From Eledone cirrhosa (taxonomy: Eukaryota): a stretch of 64,000 nucleotides of DNA. Of this stretch, positions 13,332 through 26,370 are shown one piece after another (position 1 is the first letter of the stretch; each line of letters begins with the position of its first letter). Made by a program: the position numbers and the translations under genes. The notes below the pieces were generated by a model. That model was not told the DNA's origin. It ran no database searches and saw nothing but the letters and a program-made list of their open reading frames with translations. The DNA lies in NCBI GenBank assembly GCA_964016885.1, contig OZ024742.1, positions 199,020,001 to 199,084,000 on the forward strand, given 5' to 3'.

Positions 13332-13723
13332 GGAGGCACATGGCTTAGTGGTTAGAGCATTGGCCTTGCAATCAAAAGGTTTTGAGTTCAATTCTCAGAC
13401 CGGGTGATGTGTTGTGTCCTTGAGCAAGAGACTTTATTTCACATTTCTCCAGTTTACTCAGCTGTAGAAATGAGATGATAGGACTGGGGTCCCTATCATT
13501 CCACTGCAAAGTGGTCATGGAGGTGCCACAGCAAAAAGCACCCAGCCCACACTGTAAAGTGGACGTGTAGGCACCACGGAAAAAAAGCACCCAGCACTCA
13601 CTGTAAATGAGGTTGGTGTTAGGAAGGGCATCCAGCTGTAGAAATCAAGCCAGAATCAGTTCCCGTCCCACCCTTGTAAGCAGGGAAAAGCGGACGTAAA
13701 ATGATGATGATGATGATGATGAT
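13332..13723 (+). mobile_element. tRNA-derived SINE with CORE-like middle, RTE-type tail and (ATG)n end
   Basis: A box tggcttagtgg, B box gagttcaattc, gtgtccttgagcaagag core, tail ggaagggcatccagctgtagaaa...gacgtaaaatgatgatg. Near-identical copy at 62481. Confidence 0.85.
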
Positions 13724-13853
13724 AAGCTATGGGTTAAGAATCCTTTATACAAAATTCCAAATTCTGAAAGACTTTCTCGTATATAAAATTCATATAAAAC
13801 TACCTTCAGGGTATAGGTAATTTACCTATCTTCAGGGTATTTGTAATGTATAT

Positions 13854-14032
13854 AATTGTTTCTACTTTAGGCACAAGGCCAGCAATTACCCAGTGCATTA
13901 CTGGTACTTTATTTTATCGACCCCGTAAGGATGAAAGGCAAAGTCAACCTCGGCGGGATTTGAACTCAGATTGTAAAGGGACGTAACTATGCTGGAAAGC
14001 ATGGCCTCCGACCCTCTACCGATACTGCCAAT
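13854..14032 (-). mobile_element. tRNA-derived SINE (young short subfamily; Meta/MESC-like gcctttcatcc...ggggtcgataaa middle)
   Basis: Minus strand carries A box tggcagtatcgg and B box gagttcaaatcc; several near-identical copies occur in the window. Confidence 0.88.
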
Positions 14033-14126
14033 GAAATTATTGTGTACAGTGCTCAGGTGCACTACAACTCATCAAAGGTGCATGTATAGTACATAGAATA
14101 ATGTTCAAATGTCAGGGAAATGAACA
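14030..14126 (-). mobile_element. CR1 3'-terminal fragment
   Basis: Reverse complement of ~10014-10110. Confidence 0.9.
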
Positions 14127-14189
14127 TGTGTGTGTGGAGGGGGGACATCAGGTGCAGTCCCCCCCCCCCCCCCCCCCCCCCGTCCATAG

Positions 14190-14465
14190 TTATCTTCAGG
14201 GTATATATAATTTATATACATCTACTTTCAGGATATATATAATTTATATATACCTATCTTCAGAGTATATATAATTCATATATAACTGTCTTCATGGTAT
14301 ATATAATTTATATACACCTACCTACAGGATATATCTAATTTATATATACCTATCCTCAAGGTATATGTAATTTATATTAACAACTACAACTAGGATATAT
14401 GTAATTCATATATACATCTGCCTTCAGGATATCTATAATTTATATATAGCTACCTTCAAGGTATG
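14190..14465. repeat. ~30-32-bp minisatellite (tatacctatcttcagggtatatataattta)
   Basis: About 9 diverged units; two more at 13800-13850. Confidence 0.85.
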
Positions 14466-16082
14466 TATAAGCTGTATTATGAAATTTAAATGGATATCAT
14501 ATTTAAGCTTGGATTCCACCCGAAAAATGTCCCATTTTATAGATGCTGTAGACAAAGTATCTGAGATCACCCATTCAAGGTCGATAAAAAAAGTACCAGT
14601 CTAGTACTGGGGTTGATTCTTCCTCTATATCTCTTTCTCACTTCCATTCTCTAGAAGAAATCTGCTGTACTCAGACCTGGAGAGATGGGCGCCACCAAAT
14701 TTGAAAATGCCCTAGAAATGCTATATATGAATACAGCACTTATACGACTCCCTTAGGAGTGACAGGATTCAAAGAAGAAGAAAGACAATGTATGCAAATA
14801 TTCCAAAATCAGAAAATAAATCCAACATTTGGAACACTTCTGGTCTCCAGCATTTCTAGTAGAGGATCCTCAACCTGAAGTAGTCTAGGGCAATGAATTG
14901 ATGTAATTGTTAGATTGTCATAGAAAATACCTTGTGGTGTTAGTTACAGCCCTTTATGTTCTCAGTGAAGGCACATAGCTCAGTGGTTAGAGAGTTGAGC
15001 TAACAATTGTGCAGTTGTGAGTTCAATTCCTGGACCGGGCAGTGTGCTGTGTCCTTGAGCAAGACACTTTATTTCACATTGCTCAGTTGTAGAAATGAGT
15101 TATGATGTCACTTGTGCTAAGCTGTATCCACCATTGCCTTTCCCTTGGAGACCATTGGAGGTATTGAGAGGGGAGGCTGGTATGCATGGGCAACTGCTGT
15201 CTTCCACAAAAAAAAAAAAAATAAATAAAATCACCTTGCCCAGATATGTGCTTCGGAGTGCATATCCCATGGTCGTTCATGACCGAAGAGGATGGGAGGG
15301 CGTCTTTCTTTTCTTTTTATGTTCTCAGTTCAAATCCCACTTAGGTATATTCCTGAGGTCAATAAATTACTGGGGTCAACATAATTGACTAATCCTTCTT
15401 ACCCTAAAAATCTGACATTGTGTGGATTAGCAGTATTGGTTGAGTATCAGACAACATGCTTTGTGGCATATAGTTACAACCCTTTATGGTCTGAGTTCAA
15501 AACCTGTCGGGGTTAGCTTTGCCTTTCATCCTTACAGGGGTTGATAAAATTTGCTGGCCTTGTGCCTATAGTAGAAATCAATATTATAAAAAGTGGTGGG
15601 GTGGCGGGTGAGGTAAATTGACTGAATCATCAGAGCATTGAACAAAATACCTTGTGGTATTTTGTTAGGGATCTTTATGTTCTAACTTCAATTCCCATCA
15701 AGGTCTACTTTGTCTTTCATTCTTCCAAGGTTGATAAAATAAAGTACCATAATGATGGTGGTGGTGATGGTGGTTGTGGTGATGGTTGTGGTTGTGGTGG
15801 TGGTGGTGTTGGTAGTGATGCAACAGTAATGGCAATGGGTGAAGATGGTGATGATGATGATGATGATGGACGACAGTAATGATGATAAATTATGACGCCA
15901 ATGACCGAGAACAATGATGACAGTGATGATGATGATGATGATGATGATGACAACAATAAAAGTAATCAGCTGTTAACATTAGCACATCAATTAACATCGT
16001 TAAGTATATATTTACCATTTCCCTATTCATTAGTGATATTACAAATATTCTCCCAAGAGGACAAAATATATTATTATTATTA

Positions 16083-16891
16083 TCTATATATCTAAAATAG
16101 AGAATGTCTGTCTGCTGTCTGTCTCTCTGACTCGAGAACCACCCAACCGATTGTTTTCAAACTTTACACATGTAATACTTATGGTCGTGTGAGTGTTTTG
16201 TGCAAAAAATATTTCAAATTTTCAATGCCCTAGGGACCGCATTAGACGAAAAAGCTATCTCTCTCTATAATTCTTAGTCTGTCTCTTTTTAGATAGATAC
16301 ATAGCTACAACGTTGCACCCTTATAATTGTTTCTACTTTTGGCACAAGGCCAGAAATTATCTCAGTGTGTTACTGGTACTTTATTTTATCGACCCTATAA
16401 GGATGAAAGGCAAAGTTAACCTCGGCGGGATTTGAACTCAAATCATAAAGGGCCGTAACTCTTTGCTACAAAGCATAGCGTCCGATCCTCTACCGATACT
16501 GCCAATCCACCCTTATAATATCTGTCTGTATGTCTGGCTGTCTGCATTACGACATTATAACACTGTGTGTGTATATATGTATATATAGTGTGTGTGTATA
16601 TATAGTGTGTAACGTTTTTTGAAATATTTACTTCTGCGTTCACAGATCGCTTTTTTTAGTCTCAGAAGATCCCATTAAGGGTGAAAGCAGCGATTCTTTG
16701 CTTAAACTTTAATCTGTTATTTTAATATATATATATATATAATTATATATTCGTGTACAGATATTTTTGCATACACAATAACAAAATATAAACAAACGTA
16801 CTTATTTCACGAGGCTCGATAAGGATAAATATATATCAAATATATAAGAACCCGAGAGCAAATCCCGGGCACCGCCGGGCCATTCTGCTAG
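16083..16891 (+). mobile_element. Non-autonomous Helitron with a nested SINE
   Basis: 5' TCTATATATCTAAAA; 3' hairpin cccgggcaccgccggg then CTAG; inserted between A and T. Confidence 0.85.
16325..16512 (-). mobile_element. tRNA-derived SINE (young short subfamily)
   Basis: Same family as 13854; cacccttataat is duplicated at both ends. Confidence 0.88.
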
Positions 16892-17343
16892 TTATAAAAT
16901 AAAGTACCAGTAATGCACTGTGGTAATTGCTGGCCTTGTGCCAAAAGTAGAAACAATTATTATTTGTTACATTTTCACATGTTTTAGGAAATCCTAACAA
17001 TTTTGTGTTGTATTTTCATATCTTTATATTGTTTTTTTTTCTCCACTTTTTTCATATGTATGAAGGTTCAGGTGCTTAGTAGTTAAGTTATTTGAACCAC
17101 AATCACAATATTGTGGGTTTGATTCCTGCATTGTGTGGGCAGTGTGTTGTATTCCTGAGCAAAATACTTAATTTGATGTTGCTCCTTCTGCCATGAGTTA
17201 TATCAGCAATGGAAAAAAAAACCCAATGGAATCAATATTTTCTTGATCTGATCTGACAACAGGCTCCTTTCCTTTTTTTTTTATATAACTGTGTAGTTAA
17301 GGAGTTTGATGTGGATTCTGGTTCAATTCCATTGTATAGCACC

Positions 17344-17556
17344 TTAACCCTTTAGTATTTACATTACTCTATATATACTATTGTATTTTCATAGTAAACA
17401 CTTTATCTCACATAATATCGAACCTACAAGATTTTTATATATATTTTGAGAACAATACTATAACATAAGTATAAGCAGCTGGTTATGGTCAGTTTGAACA
17501 GAAAGAGGTGAGACAATTCTGACCAGATATAGCTGGTTTAAATGCTAAAGGGTTAA
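17344..17556. mobile_element. piggyBac-type MITE
   Basis: TTAA target duplication; TIR CCCTTTAG(T/C)ATTTA; second copy at 55171. Confidence 0.85.
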
Positions 17557-17573
17557 TTAAATGTCTTCTACTA

Positions 17574-17880
17574 CAGTGGAGCCTTGGTACATGAACTTAA
17601 TTTGTTCCTGAAGGCTGTTCGAAACTATTTTCCCATATGAGATGTTGAAAGAGAAATACAGTGAGAGAGAGAGACTGTTTGTGAGAGACAGATAGATATC
17701 ACCATAGTAACTAACTACTCAGCCAGTAATGCTTTCCCATTGATACTCCAAGCTTGTTGCCGACTTGTGTGTTCATTACTTGAGACACCGTTCATCACCA
17801 GAGATATTTTATGCACAGAAAAATTGTTCATGAACCAATTTGTTTGTGATGAGAGGCGTTTGTGAACCAAGGTTCCACTG
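17574..17880. mobile_element. Tigger/pogo-type MITE
   Basis: TIRs cagtggagccttggtacatgaac / gtttgtgaaccaaggttccactg, flanked by TA. Confidence 0.82.
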
Positions 17881-18198
17881 TATAGCCACAGGCTGAGCAA
17901 TTCCTTGTGAATAACATTTTTGTGGGCAGAAACTGCAGAGGTCTGTCGTTTCTTTTGCTAAATGGTATGTCCACAATATCCTTGACCAACTTGCAAGACA
18001 GTCTTCTGGTCAAGACTTGCTAAAATTTCAAACCCCTGACATTGAGGTCAGCAACAGTAGTGGTCAAATTGGCAATGAGAGACAACTGAAACTCTTTTTA
18101 CCAGAACCACAGCTGTACTCTACACATTGACCCCAAAACTGGCCTGGTGGTTTGGGTACTGGACTCACAATCATTAAGTTGTTTGTTTGATTCTTTGA

Positions 18199-19005
18199 TC
18201 AAAGAGTATGTCTGGCAATGTAGCTAGTAAGACTGATTGAATGATAGTTGATAGGTGACATGTGATCACTCTCTTTGAACAGAGGAATGATACTGTCAGT
18301 TTTCCATTGCTCTGGAGTAACACCATTGTTAAGGCAGAATTGGAAGAAGAGTGAAAGCTGGTCCAGAAGAAAGTACCCACCACCATCAAGGCCAGGAGTT
18401 GCATAGTTGCACTTATTCTTAAGGTGACATTGCAGCATTACAGGTGTAAATTCTATAGTTGCTATAGAATTTGATGTCAGAGGTGGTGGAGGTGGTACAT
18501 TTTAGTTTTCAACAATAAAAATGCCTGCATAGCATTCTGCAATGAGTTCTGTGCATTCTTTGTAATCTGGCTTGTGCGGGGATTGTGAAGAGAACCAACT
18601 GGAGAGTGAGGTCTCTGCTTTGAACACTTTGCTGTCAGGGCTGGTTGCTATATGCTGTTCAAATTCAAGCACTGCCTTTTTTGCCACCTGCTTGAGATGG
18701 TTAGATGATCTATTGCGCTTTTTTCTATCAACCTCTATCTATGTAATCTGTATTCCCATTCAGCATCACATTCTTTCCTGGCAAGCTGGACCGCTGCAGT
18801 CTTCCAAATTGCACTTTGTGGGTATTTTGTTGTGCTTACATGGTACTGATGCTGCACATGCTGTCCATATTGAATTCAGGATGTTCTGAAGTATAGTATT
18901 CACATCTCCAGAGTCGTAAAATTCAAGCCAGTTTGGGTGTTGTAGCTCAGTGCAGTAAGAATTCCAGTCTGCTTTATTCCAGTCAAAACAATTTGGAGAT
19001 GGTTG
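18199..19005 (-). mobile_element. Degraded CR1 ORF2 fragment
   Basis: ORFs 18502..18687 (AKKAVLEFEQHIATSPDSKVF) and 18199..18438 match the intact ORF2 at ~7750-8600, with frameshifts. Confidence 0.9.
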
Positions 19006-19216
19006 TAGTTTTATTGATATTTTGTGATTTAATAAATATTATAAGCAGTTTCTTTCCTTACTGTACCAAAACGTTTTCCATTCATGTGATATTTTAGTAC
19101 TTTAAAGTTATTTTATAATAATAATAAGAATAAAAATAAAAAAAAGAAGCCGTTTCAGATAACAATAAATTTAATAAAAAAGGCTCAAGTCCATCATCAT
19201 CGCGTGTAGGGTAATG

Positions 19217-19274
<58 letters not shown>

Positions 19275-19765
19275 GTGTGTAGTAATGTCCCATCAGGGAC
19301 ACAGCCAGTTGGGAGCTGAAACGTGTAAAAGAATAAAACAATATACATATAAAATTTATAGTGTCTTCTCTGTTGGGTGTGTAATAATTAACGAGTATGA
19401 ATGACGAGGCACCGATGAGCTGATGGAAAAACTGGGCATAACAAGAATATGAAGTGTGCACGAGAGATGATCGTGCTGGTATGGCTACGTGCTTGTGTGT
19501 TTATAATTCACAAGACAAGTTATGGTCAAGGGGAGGTCACTAGTTTCGTACATAAGTGCTCAATTAATGTCTGTCGAGAAATTCTCAAGAAGTTTAGATG
19601 TCCTTAAAACTAATAATATGCGTTGTCCGCGATGGTATAACTGGAAAAGCCGGATTATTAATGCTCAATGGGAAAAGACAAAATAGACTTGCCATTTATC
19701 AGTTAAAAGTAAATGCCCCATATGGGGCAGTCAGTGAATCTTTCGTCCCTTCTCACATCCTAGGT

Positions 19766-20087
19766 CAGGGGGTCTCTAACACACCTACCGCAAACTACTT
19801 TCTTTTGGTCCACGGAAGAACAGTTTTTTTTTTTTATTACGAATTAAGGAAAATTTGAAATGGAAATGTATCCCTACATTTTGTACAAATCCCTACATTT
19901 TGTACACGTATCGCCCTTGATATCATTTGCGTATCCATTTTGTTGGTTGGAAAAACAGCCTCTCAGCTGTATTGCAGATTAACATTATAACAGGTGGAAA
20001 TCCCGTCCCCTCCCTATCTCATCTCAATTCTGGCTCGCTTTCTCAAGACGTTATGGCTCTTTTGAAACGTTGAGTTTGAGACCTCTG
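19766..20087. mobile_element. hAT (Buster/Charlie-like) MITE
   Basis: TIRs cagggggtctctaac / gtttgagacctctg; imperfect 8-bp TSD tcctaggt / ttctagat. Confidence 0.65.
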
Positions 20088-20617
20088 TTCTAGATGATGT
20101 AGTAGATGGGGTGGGAAATGTCACTACCTCCATAAATGAATAGAATAAACTTCTGTAATAACGTGCTTTGTATAAACACTACAGAATTATAACTATTTTG
20201 ACGTATGTAACATTACCCAGTGATGGATGTTACTACAAGGTCCAGATAAAGTCACAAGATTGTTGATGGAGAAAATATCGCTGAATGCCACGTTCCAGAT
20301 GAGGGGCTTACCACCGTGGAAAGAGGAGATTGTGAAATTATCTGGCCTTTCGCCATCCCCTTGATCTAACCCTAGTCTTTTTATATATCAGAATTGTCTT
20401 CCTTTAACAATGTCTGCGTTGACAGTCTTGTCATTATCAACTTCCCCCAACGTCTATCTCAAATGCACACGTCAACTTTAATTTCGTCATCGTAGATTTC
20501 AATTTTGTTATCGTCAACATTAATTTCGTCGTTACTCTGGACAGATCGAATTTTTTTTTATTATTATGAAAAGTGAGGCACTGACATCGCTGATTACTCG
20601 TCACAGAATTGTAAAAT

Positions 20618-20813
20618 AATTGTTTCTATTTTAGGCACAAGGCCAGCAATTACCCAGTACATTACTGGTACTTTATTTTATCGACCCCGTAAGGATGAGA
20701 GGCAAAGTTAACCTCGGCGGGATTTGAACTCAGATCATAAAGGGACGTAACTCTATGCTTCAAAGCATGGCATGGTGTCCGACTCTCTACCGATACTGCC
20801 AATCCACCGCCCT
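20618..20813 (-). mobile_element. tRNA-derived SINE, full length with TSD
   Basis: ~17-bp TSD cagaattgtaaaataat at 20604 and 20814. Confidence 0.92.
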
Positions 20814-21249
20814 CAGAATTGTAAAATAATTTACAGTGCTGCAAAGGATTACAAGTTTAGTATTAAATATATACTGTACTATATGTATATATAGACCTGT
20901 AACTCTTGGTGGAGTCGTAGTCACATATGGCATTTCTTGGGGATTTTGAAACCTGGTGGAGTCCATCTCTTCTCCAGACTATGCTATATACAACACAAGG
21001 ACAAACATAAACATCAGTCTAAAGCAGGCATGTCAGACATGCACAACAGCAGCCCGCACAAAGGTTTTTACAGGGCAAACATGTTTTATCTTTGTAAAAT
21101 TAGTTGTAATGTGCGCAATTAGTTGTCGTGTGTGGCCCTCAGACAACACATACGTGATCATGTGGCCCTCGGGAGACCCTCAGGTCTAAAGCTTTTATAC
21201 ACATTTCTTAACATATTCCTAAAAAATCTGGCATAATTGTTTTTAGCTC

Positions 21250-21490
21250 CAATACTATGGGCATGTGTTTAGAATGTATCAGGGAAGAATTGCTGGACAG
21301 ATTTTATGAGTAAAACTAACTGGCAGGAGACCTAGAGCAAGATGGTTGGATAACATCCATGAGCTTTGTTGGTCTCACTTGGAGATCCAGCCAAATCTGT
21401 TGGAGACGGTTGCTTCTGACAGAACACACTGGAAGGAGTGTTTGAGGACTCTGTTCCCATGACCCTCTCAAGAAGATGGAGAAGGTCAGA
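21250..21490 (+). mobile_element. RTE-clade LINE 3' fragment
   Basis: Broken frame reads YGHVFRM...GRRPRARWLDNIHEL...VASDRTHWK; a related relic lies at ~60780-61050. Confidence 0.6.
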
Positions 21491-22924
21491 CTGCATTCAT
21501 CAAATTATATATTTATTTCTATTAAACATATGTGATCAATACCAGATTGACTTTGTTTACCAAAGACGATTGTGCTGGATTTTTAGGAAGATGTCAAGAG
21601 AGATAAATGTGAATTTGAATAAAAATTAAACTGATGTTATTAGATTTTGTCTTTGTCATGTTGTATATAGCTATTGAAGACGGTGAATTGGCAGAGTCAT
21701 TAGAGCGTCAGATTGAATGCTTTATGGTATTCATTCCGGTTCTCTGCTCTCAGAGTTCAAAGCCCGCCAAGGTCAACTTTGCTTTTCAAGGTCGATAAAA
21801 AATTTCTCTCTATCTGAATATCTAATACTTTAATTGTATCTCTCTCTGTCGAAAAGCTTATCTCTCTCTCTTTCTGCCTCTCCCTCTAAGTCTCTCTCTC
21901 TTTAGATGTGTGTGTGTGTGTGTGTGTACTTACCAACCAACCAAGAAACTTTTCTTTTTTATATTATATATAGATATTAGTTTTAAAAAAGCCTGCATGG
22001 CTAAGTCCTTTCAATATGAATTCAAAACAGGGGGCACACAGTACAAAGACAATGGAAAAAAACAATGGAATAATAGACAGTCCCATCTCAGTCAACCTCT
22101 GGAAATCACTACAGTTTCGGGTCATTAAGGTTGATACTATTCATTCCGGTACACATTGGGACATAAAGACAGAATGTGTTATGCCTTTTGGTAAAATACA
22201 CAAATAAAGATGAAAACGTATCCCAAGCGCATCAATTGACAAAGAAGGGAGAGAATGGTACATGAGAGCTTAGCTAAAGGAGACAAAATATAGAAAGGAG
22301 AGAAATAGAAAAACAGCAAATATTAATATGGATTGCAGTTCAATGTGCAAAGAAGACACTGAAGCACAGACAAGTAAGGGAGAACAAATATATGATAGTT
22401 TTTAAAAAAAGCCTTTGTCTAAACTGTAAAGTAGTTGATATTACCATACTCCCAGTACACACTATAAAGGAATTAATGTTAGGAAGGACATCCAGCCATA
22501 GAAACCAAGCTAAAAATAGTGTGTACAAGTAAGATATTGTCACCTGACCATTCTAGTCTGTACTTGACAACCCCCTAACCCATGTAACCTTCTTTGCTAA
22601 CCAGTCCATAATTCACACCATTCTTGATGATCCAGTTTATGTGAATCCCCTATACCAACCAGCTTTGTCATAAGTCACAACACCATGACTCATGAGTATA
22701 GGAGAATGAACAGGCTAAGTTTATATAGCTAACAACAGATATGTCAATAGCTATGCAACTGTTACCTTCTATGTTTGCTTGGTTAGCTTTATGTTAATAT
22801 AACTACTCAGACAACAAATGTTGCTGTTATGGTCACGCAATGATTAACAAAACAGAAACCTATGTGTAGATACAGAATGAGGAAGTGTTGCATACAGAAG
22901 TTTGCACTGTTGAATGACATAGGT

Positions 22925-24790
22925 CATCGTCATTACGTTAGTTTTTCCATGCTTGCATGGGTTGGACGGTTCCTTTTCAGCACAGTATCTCTCCATTTGC
23001 TGCATTCCTTCATCATCTTGTCTATGAGTCTCAGAGATTTGAGATCAGCTATCACCACCTCTGCCCAGGTCTTTCTTGGTCTATCTCAACTGTAGCTTCT
23101 CCACTGAGATTTTCTGGCACTTCTTCACCTAGCAATCAACATCCATGCACATCACATGTCTGTACCAACACAGCCTTCTCTCCTACACATCACTTTGGAT
23201 TCCTCTTAAATCCAATTTCTCCCCCAGTTCATCCAAGCTCTGCCTTTCTTTCATATTTACATTTATTTTCAATGGCAAAAAAAAGAAAAAAACTAGGGAG
23301 AATTGGTCTAATTTTGTCATCATGTACTCTCAAATATTAGCTCCATGATTGTAGTTATGAAATATGTTACCTACAATTAACTATATGTATTCTCATATTA
23401 CATAATTACATCATCATCATCATCCTCATTTTACAGGTCAACAAAGGCTAAGTATAGTGGTTTATTTTTCTCTAAGAACCTCTCTTACATTTGTCTCACC
23501 AAGAAGAGGGCATCTGTTGTACTCTTGCCAGGCACAAAACCAAACTGCATCTCATCTAGTTTGACCCTTTCTCTAATTAGTTGTGCTAATATCCTTTCTG
23601 CCACTTTCATAACCAGATCCATCAGTTTTATACCCCTATAATTGCTCCTCTCCAGAGCATCCCCTTTACCTTTGTAGCAATTTATGAGAATACTGCTGCA
23701 CCAGTCTTTGGGTATGACACCAGCATTTCAGCAACTATCCCCGACGGTCCAGCAGCCTTACCATTTTTCATTTCCTTAATCGCCTCTTGGACCCTATATT
23801 CATCAATCTCAATAGCTGGTCCCTCTGTTGAATCTACAAAGGGTAATTTCTCTCTCTCCCATTCATTCTCCACATTCATCAGTCTCTCATAATGACATTT
23901 CCAGGCCTCCTTTTTCTGATCATTTGTGACACTAAGTACACCGGCATCATTTATCTCCAACAACATCCTGATTTGCATTGACACACTGCCTTGCAATGTG
24001 GAATACCACACGCCTCTGATCTTCCCATCGCAGAACATTGGCAAACCTCCTACTCTCAACCTCCCTGCGTGCTAAGTACACCTGACGTCTAGCTTCTCTC
24101 TTAGCGGCTGTATATCCTTCTCTACTCCCACCCTTTTTCCAAGCCTTCCATGCTAGTCTTTTGTCTCTGCCTTATCTACTGTGCTGTTCCATCACCAGGT
24201 CACTCTGTCTGGTTGGAGCTCTGCTCCAGCCACAAGTTTCATCAGTAGCCTGCAGTAAGTTGTCATGTAAGAAATTCCAGTTATTATCTATGTCATACGT
24301 CTCTAAATTGTCTTCTTTTTCGTCATACACATCTTGAAGGGCTTTCCTAAATTTGTATTTTAGTGAAAGGTCTTTTAGCTTCCAGACCTTTCTTCTCCAC
24401 ACCTTGCTGTATGTCTCATTCCATCTCTTGCTTACTGAGATATCACTAACGACTAACCTATGCTGTGGGGTACATTCTTCCCCAGGGTATGCCTTGGTAT
24501 TTGACACCATCTGCTTGTCCCGCTGCCTAACTAGTAAGAAGTCAATCTGGCTTATGTGCTCGCCTGATTTGTAGGTTATTAGGTGGTTGACAGATTTCTG
24601 GAAGTTAGTGTTGCAAATAGTCAGACTTGCATCACAAAATTCAAGAAGTCTCACTCCTTCTTCATTTCTTGAGCCTTAACCGTGCCCACCATGTACCCCA
24701 GTTTAACCATTCTGGAGCTGTCTAACATGACCATTGAAGTCCCCTGCTAGCATAACGATGTCTCCATCCTCTGTCATTGCGGTTGTTTGT
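22925..24790 (-). mobile_element. Degraded RTE-clade LINE (endonuclease, linker, start of RT; 3' tail at 22925-23260)
   Basis: ORFs 24172..24654 (LLEFC...NTNFQK...HLITYKSG...QIDFLL) and 23682..24059 (AIKEMKNGKAAGPSGIVAEML). Confidence 0.88.
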
Positions 24791-25597
24791 AAAAGATGCC
24801 CTTTCTAACACCAACCACATTTACAGTGTGGACTGGGAGCCGCCAGTGATGAGACCAATTGGAAAACCAATGTGGTCAAGAATCAGCATGCAGGAGTTTT
24901 AATGAAAAAATAATTTAACCTAAACCTAATAACAAATGTTTTGATAATCCAAAACAGAGAAAGCAGGCTTTGCTAAAAACAATTTTTGTACATGTTATAA
25001 AGATCCTTTATAAATATATATATACACCAGGTGCACTTTTCAAACCTTCTTTTCTTTATTATTTTTCTTATATAATGTGATCTGTAGAGAATGTTTTCTA
25101 ACATCCACACATTTTTACACTATATATATATATATATATATACACTCACACATATATACCAACATACATATCATTTAACAACCATTTTCCCTGCTAGCAA
25201 GGGTGTATATACATACATATATATATATTAGCAGTAGCACTAACATAGTGTGGTTCATAATAGAGGTGTATATGAAGGCATAAATATGCCTATGTATATG
25301 TGGATCTTGCTATGAATATTTTAAGCCGTGATCATGTCACAGTATCTCAGTGGCTTTGTGATAATGTCAAACATGTGTTTCTAGATTCAGACAAGCTGTT
25401 TTATTTGCTCTATATGCAAATGATCATTGCCATCAAATGTTTCATATGCTAAATGTCATGTAAGCTTACTCTAGTCTCAGTACTGACGACAGATAAAAAT
25501 CCAGAAACATATGTTTGACATTCTTACATGACTACTGACATGATCTCAGCTTAAAATATTCATAGTGAGATTCTCATATGTTTATTATATAAACATA

Positions 25598-26362
25598 TGA
25601 GGTGTGTCATAAAAGAACCAGGACAGGTGTTGTAAAAAAAATATTTCAAATCCAAATAACAAACTACAAGTTTTCCCCTCTGAAATAATCCATAAGTCTA
25701 ACACACTTACCCATTCTTCTCCACCACACCTGGAAGGATTCTCTGCAGCACTTGATGGCTCCCACATCTGAAAAATAGGTTGAAGATCCATGGATAATTA
25801 CTTTCCCCCAGCAAGTTTGGTTCAGTTTCAAGATTCTTGAGGAATTCCTGATACACCTGAATGCACCACTCCTTCTAGTCATTGTTCAGCAGCTTTGGCA
25901 GCATTTTCGTGCAGATGCCCAAATCTTTGGTGATAATCTTCTAAATGTCATCACAGTTCATGTTCAGCTCACTTGCAATCAGTCAAACAGACAGCTGATG
26001 ATCACCACACACCACCTGCCTTATGCTCTACATTGGCCTCAGTCCTTCACTCCAGGGGTCATCTTTCAATTTTTGTGCCACTCGAAAACCCATACTGCAG
26101 TATTCCGAATGCTTCTGATGGAGTTTTCCTCAGCCGGATAAGAAACATCAGGTTAGTTTGTTGCTCTATGCCTATCACTAAACCAATTAAAATTGAAGAG
26201 CTGTGAAGAAAAGCACATAAAAAAAAGATAACTGCAGAGAGCTGAGATTGCAGTTATATACTCCCTGGATATCATGACACATGGTGACACAACCAGCTAA
26301 TCCCTACCTGTCTCATAGCTCACACAGCACACTAAGACCTGTTACTTTTATGATACACCTCA
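25598..26362 (-). mobile_element. Mariner-type deleted DNA transposon
   Basis: TIRs tgaggtgtgtcataaaagaaccagg / cctgttacttttatgatacacctca with TA flanks; C-terminal remnant FQVWWRRMGKCVRL..DYF.G. Confidence 0.8.
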
Positions 26363-26370
26363 TATAAATA

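Larger units (their letters stand above)
13730..14877. mobile_element. Tigger/pogo-like (MER46/Tigger4-like) non-autonomous DNA transposon with nested insertions
   Basis: Degenerate TIRs tgggttaagaatccttta / tagaggatcctcaacctg. Internal blocks taccttcaaggtatgtataag and atgcaaatattccaaaatc...acacttctggtc resemble Tigger4-family sequence as recalled, not searched. Confidence 0.6.

Noticed and set aside
13332-13400. tRNA genes at SINE heads (also ~14965, 31370, 62481)
   Set aside because: A/B boxes run on into SINE bodies and there is no closable cloverleaf acceptor stem.
14158-14181. Long poly-C/poly-G runs (also 29636, 31640, 35824) as regulatory G-quadruplexes
   Set aside because: Simple homopolymers of uncertain assembled length, with no supporting context.
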